64,000 nucleotides of DNA, taken from assembly GCF_006345805.1 (NCBI RefSeq), contig NC_043002.1, positions 21,824,001 through 21,888,000 of the forward strand, written 5' to 3'. A program made the position numbers and the translations under genes. Of this stretch, positions 47,911 to 60,360 are shown one piece after another. The notes under the pieces were generated by a model. The model saw only the letters and a program-made list of their open reading frames with translations. It was not told the DNA's origin and searched no databases. This stretch comes from Octopus sinensis. Lineage: Eukaryota. How positions within the stretch are numbered: position 1 is the stretch's first letter; the number at the start of each line of letters is the position of its first letter.

Positions 47911-48524
47911 AAGAAATAGAAGCCAAATTTCCCTCAAAATATTCTTTGCTGTATTATTAAAAACATGGAAGGAAACATTGAATAATGTAGTCCTAGATTC
48001 ATTATTTCTGGATGGTTATGGCTGGAAAGCCTTTTGATTATAAGCCTGCTGAACTTGGGCTAACTTTGAGCAAAACAAGGAGTTATAATCAGTACACCTC
48101 TAAGAGAGCTTACCAGCATCTATGCTAGAGCCTTCACCAATACCACCACCACAGTTACAATTACTACAACAACCACCACAGACACAACAACCACAGTCAC
48201 CACCAGACTTTACACCCGTTATGAGCACACTGCAACCTGCAGAACTTTCTGCGAAAAATTATCTCGAATTGTTTGTTCGGAGTGGCCTGCCAGTTGAGCT
48301 ATGTTTCATGGAACCTGCTTCTTGTAAAGGATTGCTTGTGCTTGCTCTAACACCAAGTTTTAATGTGTTAAAAATAGCAGTCAAATCTCCCTCCTATCTT
48401 CCACTATATTGGGAAAGAAAAGGACACCCAGAATACTGCTGTTCTATATTCACCTGTAAAAAGGTGAGAAGGTAGTTGTAGGAACGTTGGATTTGATTTA
48501 TGGTTCTGCTCAGTTAGGGCTGAC

Positions 48525-48725
48525 CTGGGGCCTAACACCACCACCACCACCACCAACAGCAACAACAACAACAACAATAACAACAACATGACATCACCAC
48601 AAGGTCCACGTCATACCACGACCATCATCAGTGTCACTACTGCTACCATCACCACCACCAACCACCACCACCAACAACAACAACAACAACGTGACTGTAT
48701 CATCATCACCACCACAGCAACAATG
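48525..48725. repeat. (CAC)n/(CAA)n/(CAT)n low-complexity tract
   Basis: Direct reading. Confidence 0.9.
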
Positions 48726-48914
48726 CATTAAAAAAAAGGAGAAAAAATAGAGATAAATCTTAGAAAATGAACCAATTCCATTAAAGTGTCTCAATATTCC
48801 TTTACAAACCAGTGTCTCACCTGTTATTCCTTCTCTGCATTCTGTTTGTTGCTGGTATTAAACCTGCAGACACGGATATCACAGGATAATCGTAATCATC
48901 CAAATGTTAACTGT

Positions 48915-49610
48915 TTCTTTGGTCTAGGTCAGCCTTGATCGAAATAACCGACGATGAAAAGCATTCCAGCTGTGCCCATCCCATCATTCTCTATATCAAC
49001 TACAAGTGTCTCTTCTGTCGTTCCTTTACATGATGGCAGGCTGTAATTTAAGGGAGACTTGGCTGCTGTTTCTAACATGTCATTTTCTATATCTGTCATT
49101 GCCTGCATTATCCATCGTGTCCTTCCATCAGAAGACATAGAGTGTGGTTTGAGGGAGATTTGGCTGCTGTTTCTAGCAAGTCCTGTGACCACAGAAGCTT
49201 CCTCTATTCGCCATCGCTATTGTGGTTTAAGCCACGTGAACCCTAACCTTACGATCAAAGGTGTTCCAACCGTGACCATCCAGTCTTTTACTCAGACATT
49301 GTTTATCTAGGACTACATTATTCAAGTGTTCTCAATTTTTCTTTTAGACGATGGCATGTGATTCGAGGGCGATTTGGCTGTTGTTTCTAGCAGCTCAAGT
49401 AAGCACATAGAGACTCCTTGTTTAGTTCGTCTTTATGTTGTTATTGAAATCGCTGCTGTTGGTCCCTGGTTAAGCCTGTGATCAGTCACTCCAGCCGTGG
49501 CAGTCCCGCCTTTTAATCAGAGTAATACATTATCTAGTGTATTTTCTCTTTAAGATGCTAGCATGTAATTTGAGGGACATTTAGCTGCTATTTCTAACAA
49601 ATCGATGACC
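48915..49610 (-). repeat. Cluster of about four diverged copies of an unclassified interspersed repeat
   Basis: Motif (T)TTGAGGGAGATTTGGCTGCTGTTTCTA(G/A)CA recurs at ~49050, 49150, 49365 and 49570; relatives at ~19200, 46830, 47930 and 52370. Confidence 0.7.
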
Positions 49611-50248
49611 CTTGTTTGCTCCATTCCTACTAATGTTAACGTTGTTGCTGTCTTAGACAACATCAGTTTCTCTCCTCACAACAACAATAACAAACCGAAA
49701 AAGAAACTACAATTTAGACTAAACTAAGCGATACATCACTGACATAACCAAGAAAGAAAGTTTGAAATCCTTACGCGGTTTCGTAAAAAAAAAAGAAGAT
49801 AAATTTGAAGAAATATTTTGGAAGAAAAGAGCTTGATATAATTGGAAGAACTCCCACTACTTCGTAAAACATAAAATTATAATTACTTCACCTACGGTGT
49901 TAATTGCTTTATTAGTCGATGTAGACTTACATTGGCACAAACATGTCCGTATAGGACAACATGCTGTATTTAGTTACGGCCCTTCATTCACAGTGATTTA
50001 ATCATTTTAAGGTTGATATAACAAAATATTAATGAAGTGCTATATAACATCAAAGAGTGAATGGAATTTAGCTGAAGACTAAGAACACTAATGTTATTGA
50101 ATTTAATTTTTTCATCTTTTGCATAGTTTCGTATTAAGTTTCCTAAGTTATTCCACGTTCCTCTACTTACTACCGCATCATCAGTTATTTCTCGTTACTT
50201 TCATTTTTAGATCTCTTCCTTTTTTTTTTCCTTATTACTTTCTGTCTT

Positions 50249-50647
50249 GGGATCTTTTCGGTTTGAACGGCAGTTTTTTAATATAATTTCCACGTAACTA
50301 AACACTTAAACTTCGTATACTGGTAGAATGTGTTTAAAATCATCTTTTTCTCTTGGTTTTATTGAGAAAATTCTATAGTTTGTAAGATATTTGTTGTTTT
50401 TTTTTCTTCAATTTCTGCAATTTCAACCAATCAATGACGTCTATTGAGGTGAAAACATTCTGTGCCGTATGAATATGTCCCTCAGATTGGGTTTATTTAC
50501 ATTTCTGAAGAAAAAAAGATATCTTTCCCTCCACCCTAACCCTAAAACAGATCGAAATGCAATAGATCGATACTAGGGTCATAATTATGGGTGACAATTT
50601 CATATGACACCGCTAGAAAAAACTGCCGTTCAAACCGAAAAGATCCC
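50249..50647. mobile_element. 399-bp MITE, unclassified
   Basis: Perfect 31-bp TIR GGGATCTTTTCGGTTTGAACGGCAGTTTTTT; no clear TSD. Confidence 0.88.
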
Positions 50648-50981
50648 TGTTTTTGTTCAATACATGCCTTACGATTTTTTTGTCTTCTGACCAAACGTAG
50701 ATTTGTTTCAGTGAACCCACACCTCGAGCCTATACCCCAACTTGCAGAAAAGCTAGATGAGATGGTTAGGGCATTTTAGTTACATGCCAGGCCTCCGCAT
50801 CCCCAAACATATGACCAATGTTGATCTCTGTTAAGTGAAGCATTCTGTTCAAGACATGCCTAAAAGTATCTCTAAAAGACCGTAACATTGGGGTTGACTC
50901 CTGAGTGTAACCAGGGCTGGATTAGAGGTCTTAAGCACTTAAAAGATTTTGGTGCCCTCATAAATATGCAATTCAAAATAT

Positions 50982-51298
50982 TATTTTATTTTTTATGCGC
51001 CCTTTTCAAGCCTAGCCAGGCTCATGGGCCCGGTTTCCCGGTTTCTGTGGCGTATGTGTTCCCCCCAGCTGGACGGGATGCCAGTCCATCGCATTGTTAC
51101 TCAAGAAACAGGAAAAAAGAATGAGAGAAAGTTGAGGCGAAAGAGTGCAACAGGGGTCGCCACCCCTCCCTGCCGGGACCTCGTGGAGCTTTAGGTGTTT
51201 TCGCTCAATAGACACACACAACGCCCGGTCTGGGAATCGAAACCGCGATCCTCCGACCACAAATCCGATGCCCTAACCACTGGGCCACTGCGCCTCCA
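50982..51298 (-). mobile_element. tRNA-derived SINE (same family as 47052) with 13-bp TSD
   Basis: A box TGGCCCAGTGG, B box GTTTCGATTCC; CAATTCAAAATAT at 50969-50981 and 51299-51311. Confidence 0.92.
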
Positions 51299-51404
51299 CA
51301 ATTCAAAATATAAACAATAATAAACCGTGAAATGAATTTTCAGTTTTCAAAATGGAGCAAAACTAACAGTAAGATGGAAAATAATACTTATTTTTATGTA
51401 CTTC

Positions 51405-51817
51405 TACTTACTCTTTACTCTTTTACTTGTTTCAGTCATTTGACTGCGGCCATGCTGGAGCACCGCCTTTAGCCGAGCAAATCGACACCGGGACTTATTC
51501 TTTGTAAGCCCAGTACTTATTCTATCGGTCTCTTTTGCCGAACCGCTAGGTGACGGGGACGTAAACACACCAGCATTGGTTGTCAAGCAATGCTAGGGGG
51601 ACAAACACAGACATACAAACACACACATACATATACATATATATACATATATACGACAGGCTTCTTTCAGTTTCCGTCTACCAAATCCACTCACAAGGCA
51701 TTGGTCGGCCCGGGGCTATAGCAGAAGACACTTGCCCAAGATGCCACGCAGTGGGACTGAACCCAGAACCATGTGGTTGGTTAGCATGCTACTTACCACA
51801 CAGCCACTCTTGCGCCT
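51405..51817 (-). mobile_element. SINE family 2, full length
   Basis: Near-identical reverse complement of 54016-54431. Confidence 0.93.
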
Positions 51818-52654
51818 ATTTACATTTACATTTGAAAAAAATTTTCCCTTGTTTTTTTTTTTTAATAGCAAAATCTTTGACTTGATCCTCAAAATTAATC
51901 TTACGTAAAACGTCTGCTTCTTTACTTTGTAGAAATAAGACATCCCAAATATGATTTTAGCAAGTTTAAAGTAATTTCTTTTTGTGCCGCTAGTCATTTA
52001 TCATTTCAGTGGTGCCCTCCTTCTCTTGATGCCCTAAGCAAGTGCTTATTTTCCTTAATGGTTAATCAAGCGGTAGGTGTAACTTGTTCCCAAATTTATC
52101 CTTCCAACTTATTCTTAAATGAATGGTCTTGCTTCAAACGTTAGAACACTTCTGTTTGTTTCGAATATAAATTGTTATAAAGGGAAGTAACTCTAGTCGT
52201 AAAGTTATCTCCCTTGCAATAAAATATGATTGTGTTCCCCCCCCCGTTTTGATTTAGGAACTTTTCAAGAGTTAATCCTTTATTAAATGTTTCTGCTGAA
52301 GCAGACACCTCTAAATGTCATAGAGCCAAGTCAGGTCTAAAACCACCGCATGAGTCACTACATGGTCTCTTGTCTGTAGTAATGACAGCCAAATTATCCT
52401 CAGACCACGTCATACCATTTTAAAAACAGATGTTTAACGTAATGTAATATGGGAACGATCATCGATTGGACTGCGTTCTGCATATATCTGCTCGCTAGGG
52501 ACAGATTTGGAGCTATACACCACCGTAACCACTACCACCACCACCACCACCACCGCCGCCGCCGCCGCCGCCGCCACCACAACCACCATATATAGAATAT
52601 CAAATTTTAAAGATTACTAGCAAATTGCGAAATCCGTAATATAACAATTTATAA

Positions 52655-52817
52655 CAGGCACGGGCAATGTTTTTCGAGAAGGGCGTCTCATAAGACATAG
52701 TTCATTGTCAGGCGGGCCACACTTCTAAAAAAAAATAAATAAATAAATTAAAGGTAACTTTTTAGTAGGTGTGCCTTTCAAGAAGTCCCCTTGGGCCGCA
52801 GGTTGTCCATGGCTGCT
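52655..52817. mobile_element. Possible degraded hAT-type MITE
   Basis: Imperfect TIR CAGGCACGGGCAA / TTGTCCATGGCTG with subterminal GGGCCGCAGG. Confidence 0.4.
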
Positions 52818-52967
52818 AGCTGCCCATGAATGTTATAAATGTTATAACATTAATTAATGATTTGCAATGAACAAAAGTTTAATATCATCTTAATAAAGGC
52901 ATTGGATAAACCTGGTCTTAAAAGAAATGCAAATGATTTCTTCTTGATATCAGTTTACAAATGGAAT

Positions 52968-53165
52968 TGGCGGCGTGTTGGCAGAATCGTTAGCACTCTG
53001 AGGAAAATGCTTAGCGCTGTTTCGTCCGATTCTACGTTCTGAATTCAAATTCCACCGAGGTCGACTTTGCCTTTCATCCTTTCGAAATCGATAAAATAAG
53101 TAGTAGTTGAGCACTGGCGTCAATCTCCGTGTTTGCTGGTCTTGTGTGAAAATTTGAAGCCAATT
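52968..53165 (+). mobile_element. SINE family 1, old copy
   Basis: GGCGGCGTGTTGGCAGAATCGTTAG...GTCGACTTTGCCTTTCATCC. Confidence 0.85.
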
Positions 53166-54015
53166 TGCTAATGAAACTATGTCAGTGAGCTTGCAGAATT
53201 GGTAGAGTGCCTGAAAAATGTAATATTTCTAGAGAGTAGAAGATAGAGAGAAAACCCAAAACAAAAACATACCTACCTACCTACATACATACTTGTCAAA
53301 TGTAAACATAATAGGCCGGATATTGTTGTTTAGGACAGAGGGGCAAAGGTGTGTACCATCATAGAGGTCAACTACCCTGCAGATATAAATATCTGAGTTC
53401 AAATTTTGCCGTGGTCTACTTTGTCTTTCATCCCTTTGGAGTTGAGAAAGTACCAGTCAAAACTTGGGCCGGTGTAATCGATTAACCCCTTTCTTTAAAA
53501 TTGTTGGCCTAGTGCCAAAATTAGAACGAGGGGATGCCTTGAGATATTTGTTCAGGTTCTTTGCGTTGTGAGTTCCGATTCCACTGTGGACCGTTTGCGT
53601 AATAGACTTAATCCGTCGCCCGATTTCGCACCACCACCTAGTGCCTAGGGTACCTTTAGCAGAGTTTACACTGTGGCAAGCGTTCGGCACCCCCCGTTTC
53701 AGGATATCTCCCTCGTTTCCTTTCCATCTTTTTCTCTCTTTTTCTGTCTCCCCCCCCCATCCACCAGTCTCGATAGCTCTGTAATGAGTCAAAGAACGGG
53801 GGAGTCGGGATATTGTCTACGTCTGTTCGCGTCTAAACAGGCAGCCAAGACAACCCGCGAAAGCGTAGTACAGATCATCATGCCATACTCGTTCGTGGGT
53901 AACGGCTGGCTATTTATAAATGGGGTCTCTAGAAAAAGAAACTGAATCTTTTAAAATGCAAATGTATTTACCTTACAATTTAATCAGACTAGTTTCCTTC
54001 AAAATAGTTCCCTAT

Positions 54016-54431
54016 AGGCGCAGGAGTGGCTGTGTGGTAAGTAGCTTGTTTACCAGCCACATGGTTCCATGTTCAGTCCCACTGCGTGGCACCTTGGGTA
54101 AGTGTCTTCTACTATAGCCTCGGGCCAACCAAAGCCTTGTGAGTGGATTTGGTAGACGGAAACTGAAAGAAGCCCGTCGTATATATGTATATATATGTAT
54201 GCGTGTTTGTGTTTGTGTGTCTGTGTTTGTCCCCCTAGCATTGCTTGACAACCGATGCTGGTGTGTTTACGTCCCCGTCACTTAGCGGTTCGGCAAAAGA
54301 GACCGATAGAATAAGTACTGGGCTTACAAAGAATAAGTCCCGGGGTCGATTTGCTCGACTAAAGGCGGTGCCCCAGCATGGGCGCAGTCAAATGACTGAA
54401 ACAAGTAAAAGAGTAAAAAGAGTAAAGAGAG
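54016..54431 (+). mobile_element. SINE family 2, full length, young
   Basis: AGGCGCAGGAGTGGCTGTGTGG head to (GAGTAAAA)n tail. Confidence 0.93.
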
Positions 54432-55364
54432 TATACAGATGGTTATAGTCGAGTCAGGGAAATCATCACAAGCTGATGAGACCGGCTACTTTACTTATGT
54501 AAATCAGTGGTCGGCGACTAAACCAGCTTACCATTTGAGTAGCTCACTACTCTTGTGAGTGTCTGGACACGCAGCAGGACTAAAACAAGACACGTCGAAG
54601 GACGGAGGTGCTCTTTGTGGGCCAACAGCCATCCTTTTAGGAAACCATATCAGTATCCTTTTTGGTAAACTATACCAGTATATCTGTCAAGAAAACACTA
54701 TGAAATAAGCAGAACAAAGTAATGCTATAGCTTCATCCGATGGGAGAGCTCTCACTTAATCGAGAAGACTCGCTGTAGTGTCATCAACGCGCAGCAAAAA
54801 AAAAAAAAAAAGGGACAATGATACTGATGATACCCCACTCCCAACATTTTTAGCAATTTTCGAAAGTGTCTTGGAACACGTTTTTAAGAGTAGTGCAGTT
54901 GTGCACAGTTATTGTTGCTATTTTTTCGATCCCTTGTAGTGTCACAATTGGTGACCCTTCTGGGCGTATTTCAAATTTGAGAATAAAAATAATCCGTAGA
55001 AGTGGTAAACAGGAAAGTAGGGGTGGTTGGGAGAGGCAAGTCGTCTCGTGATTTACTAAAAGGTCACGGACAAAATATCACGTGTGAGTAGGTATAGAAA
55101 CTAGGTTTTGTTTGCCCATGATTCAAATCTCTTCCTTCTACACAGATCCTCAAAAATGCTTTAGCGCATCGAAATAAAACTCTTTATTCCTTGTCTGACC
55201 ATGTTGAATAAACTCATGGTAAACAATGTCTTTCCAATAAACGAAGGCGATTTACAATATCTTCACACTAAACTGACTTTGACCTACTTTTCTTGGTCAC
55301 TGTGGCGACTTTTTGTTTCGCCATTTTAATCGTTCGATACTAACGTTCTGTCACCTCTCAAGAG

Positions 55365-56110
55365 ACGAGGTCGACTTTGCCTTTCATCCTTTCGGGGTCG
55401 ATAAATAAAGTACCAGTTACGCACTGGGGTCGATGTAATCGACTTAATACCTATGTCTGTCCTTGTTTGTCCCCTCTATATTTAACCTCTTCTGGGCAGT
55501 AAAGAAATATATATTTCTTTACTACCCACAAGGGGCTAAACATAGAGGGGACAAACAAGAACAGACAAAGGTATTAAGTCGATTACATCGACCCCCTTGC
55601 GAAACTGGTACTTTATTTATCGACCCTGAATGGATGAAAGGCAAAGTCAACCTCGGCGGAATTTGAACTCAGAACGTAACGACAGACGAAATACCTATTT
55701 CTTTACTACCCACAAGGGGCTAAACACAGAGGGGACAAACAAGGACAGACAAAAGGATTTAGTCGATTACATCGATCCCAGTGCGAAACTGGTACTTTAT
55801 TTATCGACCCCGAAAGGATGAAAGGCAAAGTCAACCTCGGTGGAATTTGAACTCAGAACGTAACGACAGACGAAATACCTATTTCTTTACTACCCACAAG
55901 GGGCTAAACACAGAGGGGACAAACAAGGACAGACACACGGATTAAGTCGATTACATCGATCCCAGTGCGTAACTGGTACTTATTTAATCGACCCCGAAAG
56001 GATGAAAGGCAAAGTCGACCTCGGCGGAATTTGAACTCAGAACGTAACGGCAGACGAAATACCGCTAAGCACTTCGCCCGGCGCGCTAACGTTTCTGCCA
56101 GCTCGCCGCC
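55365..56110. mobile_element. SINE family 1: + partial copy tail-to-tail with a minus-strand trimer
   Basis: Palindromic junction GTAAAGAAATATATATTTCTTTAC; 184-bp period (55512, 55696, 55880). Confidence 0.93.
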
Positions 56111-56550
56111 TTCTCAAGAGACTTACCACAGGGAAAAAATGCAGTCGCAGAAAAGCTTTTTGGTGGCAGCATTAATCGCACTCAATCTGTTACACTGTGA
56201 TACTAAATAGTCGTTGGCACCACACCGGGTGATTGTCAAGTCCTTTTGACAGTTATTGATTTTTCTCCTGCTGAGTTCCGTGCAGTCTGGTGAGGGTTTA
56301 TTCGCAGACGACCGATACATGCAACATGTTGCCAATAGCACCCAGAATAAACCTGATATCCATACACGCGCGCAGACACACATATACGCATTTAAATTAG
56401 CATAATCAATGTATTTATGAACGAAGCCATCGTCGCTAAAAATTTCATGATATAGTTAAAAGCTGAAGTCTCCGAGATATAAGCGACCTTCAGCGAAGCA
56501 CATCATATACATTGACACACAAACACACATTACACTTGTACGTATACATA

Positions 56551-57575
56551 TAGGGTGTTCGGGCTTTATTCGATAGTTCACATAAAAGGAAAAGAAAACA
56601 GTCTTCCATTCAAAAATTCAAGTATTTATAGAAAAAAAATCAAGACTCATCAATTAGATTATGTCTAGAAGATAACAGTTTACTCAGAGTAACCACCCTC
56701 ATCTTCTGCCACGGCTTAAAGATGGTTCCTGTCTGTGCCTCTGGGAAGATCTTCGAATGCTTCCTTGATCTTGACCGCCAGCTGAGACTTTATGTTGCAG
56801 GCATATTGCTTGATGTCTTTCTCAACTATGCCCCACACATAGTAACCCATTGGATTACAATCGGGAGAATTAGGCGGCCAGAAATTGGGGTAGGTGAAAT
56901 CGTAGAAATTGTCCGACAACCACTTATGACTCTTTTCCAGAGGTATGGCAAGGAACCGAATCCTGCTGCCACACATATGGTCTTCCAGCAGTAACCCTCT
57001 CCAGTCAGAGATTGACTACAGTTTCGAGTAGGTTTACATTGCCATCTGAACTGAGCTTAAAGCATTGCTCAAATACGTAGCGATGAATTCAGGAATGCCG
57101 ATGCAGTCAGAATGCTTGCTATGTTCCTTTCTGCTGGTTACGGCTTCGTAATCTCTATTCTATTTGTCCATGTCACATCTTGCAGCCCTTACAGTGCCCA
57201 TACAGCATTGAGCAGCCTTCATAATCTTTTCTAATCTAGGCACAAAGCCCGAAATTTTGGGGGGAGGAAGCCATTCGACCCCAGTACGAAACTGGTACTT
57301 AATTTATCGACCCCAAAAGGATGAAAGGCATGGTCGACTTCGGCGGAATTTGAACTCAGAACGTAAAGACAGACTTCATGATGTTGGCATTTTGACACCT
57401 GGCACGAATCATCTTCATACAGGTAGCTCTTTTCCGATATTCATATGGCTTCCAATTTCCGGTGTCAACTTTAATCATTATGCTCTCCAACGTTGTTGAC
57501 TGTTCACCAACACATCAAGCTGTTCATGAAAAAGGGAGACACAAAAAAATCGTCAAATTTAGCCCGAGCACCCTG
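56551..57575 (-). mobile_element. maT/DD37D-like element, internally deleted
   Basis: Imperfect TIRs (C/T)AGGGTG(C/T)TCGGGCT flanked by TA; FWPPNSPDCNPMGYYVWG; SINE family 1 fragment nested at ~57232-57372. Confidence 0.85.
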
Positions 57576-57584
57576 TATAAAATA

Positions 57585-58411
57585 CGTGGGCTGATCGATA
57601 AATATCCGGACTAGTGCTACAGTAACGAAGCCGTTGGGCACAAGCTTTAACGTTCTAGCTCACTTCTGCTGTTTACAGCACTGCTTGGAAGGAAGGTGTG
57701 TAGCGTGTGATCGTCACATTGACCATGACAGTGAAAGCTGAGCAGAGAATCTGCATCAAATTTTGCCAAAAGCTTGGTGATAACTGCTCACAGAGTTTTC
57801 AAAAAGTTTTCATCGTTCTCGACACAATCAAGGAAATTTTGTGCAATTGAAATCAGAGTGGTTTCTTGGTCAGCTGAAAGCAGTTTTGGCACAATCTTGA
57901 CATACGCGTCTCACACTCAAATCTTCATTGATTATGGATTGAACTGAACCGTAGCTAATCTGCATATCCTCTGATAAATCGCGGATGGTGATTCAACGGT
58001 TTCCCCTCAGCCGCACCCACATCTGCGACATTTTTCTCAGTTCTGCTGGTTACGGGTCTCCCAGAACATTAGCCAATATCGACATTTTTTCGGCCATCTT
58101 GGAAATATCTGAACCACTCATACACTTGTCTGCAGCTCATACACTCCTCTCCATACACTTTCTGCAACTTTGTGTAGGCCTCTGAGCAGGTATCGCCATG
58201 ACGACTTTCTCTGTCATGGTCAATGCGACGATCACATGCTACACACCTTCCTTCCAAGCACTACTGTAAACAGCAGAAGTGAGCTAGAATATTAAGACTT
58301 TGTGAGCATGCACAGCAGAGTCCACGGTCAATCTTTACTAAGCGGCTTTACTCTGTATGCTTTAGTTTCGTAACTATAGCAACAGTCCTAGTACTTATTG
58401 ATCAGACCTCG
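57585..58411. mobile_element. Mariner derivative made of two left ends in inverted orientation
   Basis: TA-flanked TIRs; + EQRICIKFCQKLGD and minus GDTCSEAY..QVYEWFRYFQDGR; 57647-57737 matches the reverse complement of 58204-58294. Confidence 0.85.
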
Positions 58412-58769
58412 TACACTGTAAATATAATTACATGATTATTTTACTCCATGAATATTATTTAATATGCATGTATGCATCTATGTATGCATAAACACATGTT
58501 AACATATTTACTTATATATGCATACGTGCATATGTATAATGCATTAATATATACACATATATATGCAAATACTCATACATATACACATGAACACATACGT
58601 CCACAGACACAAGTGCGCGCACACATACATCCACATATATCATTGAGGTAATTAGCCAGCTCAGCACTGTAAGGCACTGAATTGATTTTTATGCTTCTAA
58701 CTTTTTAGGATGATTACTTGAATACTATTGCTGAGTATTATTATATTGGTTTTTGGTTTCATATATTTG

Positions 58770-60359
58770 ACTGTGTTTGTTCTAGTATTATGCCGCCTTA
58801 TTGAAGATGACTTCATCGACGGACAATGCAAATATACTCTTGTTCATGCTGATCTGTATATGTTCAATGACGCTTTTTTTCCCTTTTAGTTGGTATTATG
58901 TGTGTATGTAAAATGACGCGTTATCGGAGTTCTTCAAGGGCTCAAAACGATTTTGAATTCAGTTTAATCCTGATAGCATTACACAACCTAAACTGTGGTT
59001 TCGTTCGTTTGGTCCTTCCAGTTAGAAAGAAATAGAATGGTTTTAGATGGACTTATTTGTACTCGTGGGCTGACGTCTACTATACATTAAAGCGGGAGAT
59101 CCTCTTTGAAACTCTCAAGGAAGACTTTAAGTGTTTGTCAAAGTGACCTCCGTTACAGGCTTTGCTTTGACTGTCACTCTTTGGCTGAATTTCTTGGGTG
59201 TTATATTTTTCGCTGTCAATTGTATGCCCAACTGCACTATTAGAAAACAAAAGCCCATCATCCCTGTACAGGCCAACGCTATTGACATTGGAAAAACTTC
59301 CCTTTTCATTAAACAAAAACAACCTCCTATCTTACATAATTTAACCGAATCAAAGCTCCCTATCACCGTTTAAAATCACCGTCCGATCCTTGAATCACGT
59401 TAAAAAGGAGAAATCATCTGGCATGTAGAATAACCTACAGGCTACTTTAAGAAATATTGTGTAAATTCTCGGGAAATCGCTGGCTTTTCTAAAGATTCCC
59501 CATTGATGAAAGGATAATTAGTAATGATATCGAAATAAATTTAGCTTTATTTCATTTTCGATCTGACGACTGATGCAGTTTTGTTTCATTGAGTCTAACT
59601 TTTAAACCGCATTGGGTTAGCATTTATTCTGGATTAATGAATATACGTTTGGATGACATTTTGAAGTTTTGTTTGTATATCCTTAACTATGGTAAAGGTT
59701 GTTTTCGTTTTGTGAGGCATTTAAGTTTATTTTGAATCTTATGCTTTGCTGCCAGCTGATGAAATTTTATGCGTATTTCATTGTATTTGTTGCCGCTTGT
59801 TATTTAGTGGAAGCTTACAAGGTTATTGTGTAAAAGGTCGTTACGAGTATCTCTGCTTGCTTTGTATATGTTTTTGTATCTACAAACACGAATAGGGTTA
59901 CTGGAGGACTTTGTTTTGGTGGATTTTAACAGAGATTAATTTGATTAAGAAATATTTCGTCTTGTTAATTTCCACACTCGTCATTAAGAATATAATTTCT
60001 CGAATGAATCTAGTTCCTTGTTTTGAGGTGACAATTTCGGGTTGTGTGAAACTGGAGCTGTTTTCATCTTGCGTGAGTTTATTCTTTTTGTTCAGGAAGA
60101 AATAAACCTTCCACTTCATTCGTTGAATTACAGTTTCCGTTTTTCAGTAATACTTTAAAATTTTTCTTGGTGTTAGAATGTTTTTTGTGGTGTGGCTCTT
60201 GTATATTGTTTTCATTGTTTGTATTCTGTAATGTATATGTATATGCACAGTGTTTAACTGACAAACACTTAAAGTCTTCCTTGAGAGTTTCAAAGAGGAT
60301 CTCCCACTTTAATGTATAGCAGACGTTAACCCACGACTACAAACAAGTTAATCTAAAAC
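58770..60359 (-). mobile_element. Degraded Penelope-like element with inverted ~100-bp segment
   Basis: WKVYFFLN, IGSFDSVKLC, GLYRDDGL, LSVDEVIFNKAA; 59040-59140 is inverted relative to 60259-60359. Confidence 0.8.
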
Positions 60360-60360
60360 T

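Noticed and set aside
54473-54520. CTGATGA-GACC...GGTC hammerhead candidate
   Set aside because: No GAAA box follows the stem.
55512-56110. CRISPR-like appearance of regular ~184-bp arrays (also 60361, 46004, 30060)
   Set aside because: The whole unit repeats with no unique spacers, there are no cas genes, the context is eukaryotic, and the units are SINE bodies or minisatellites.
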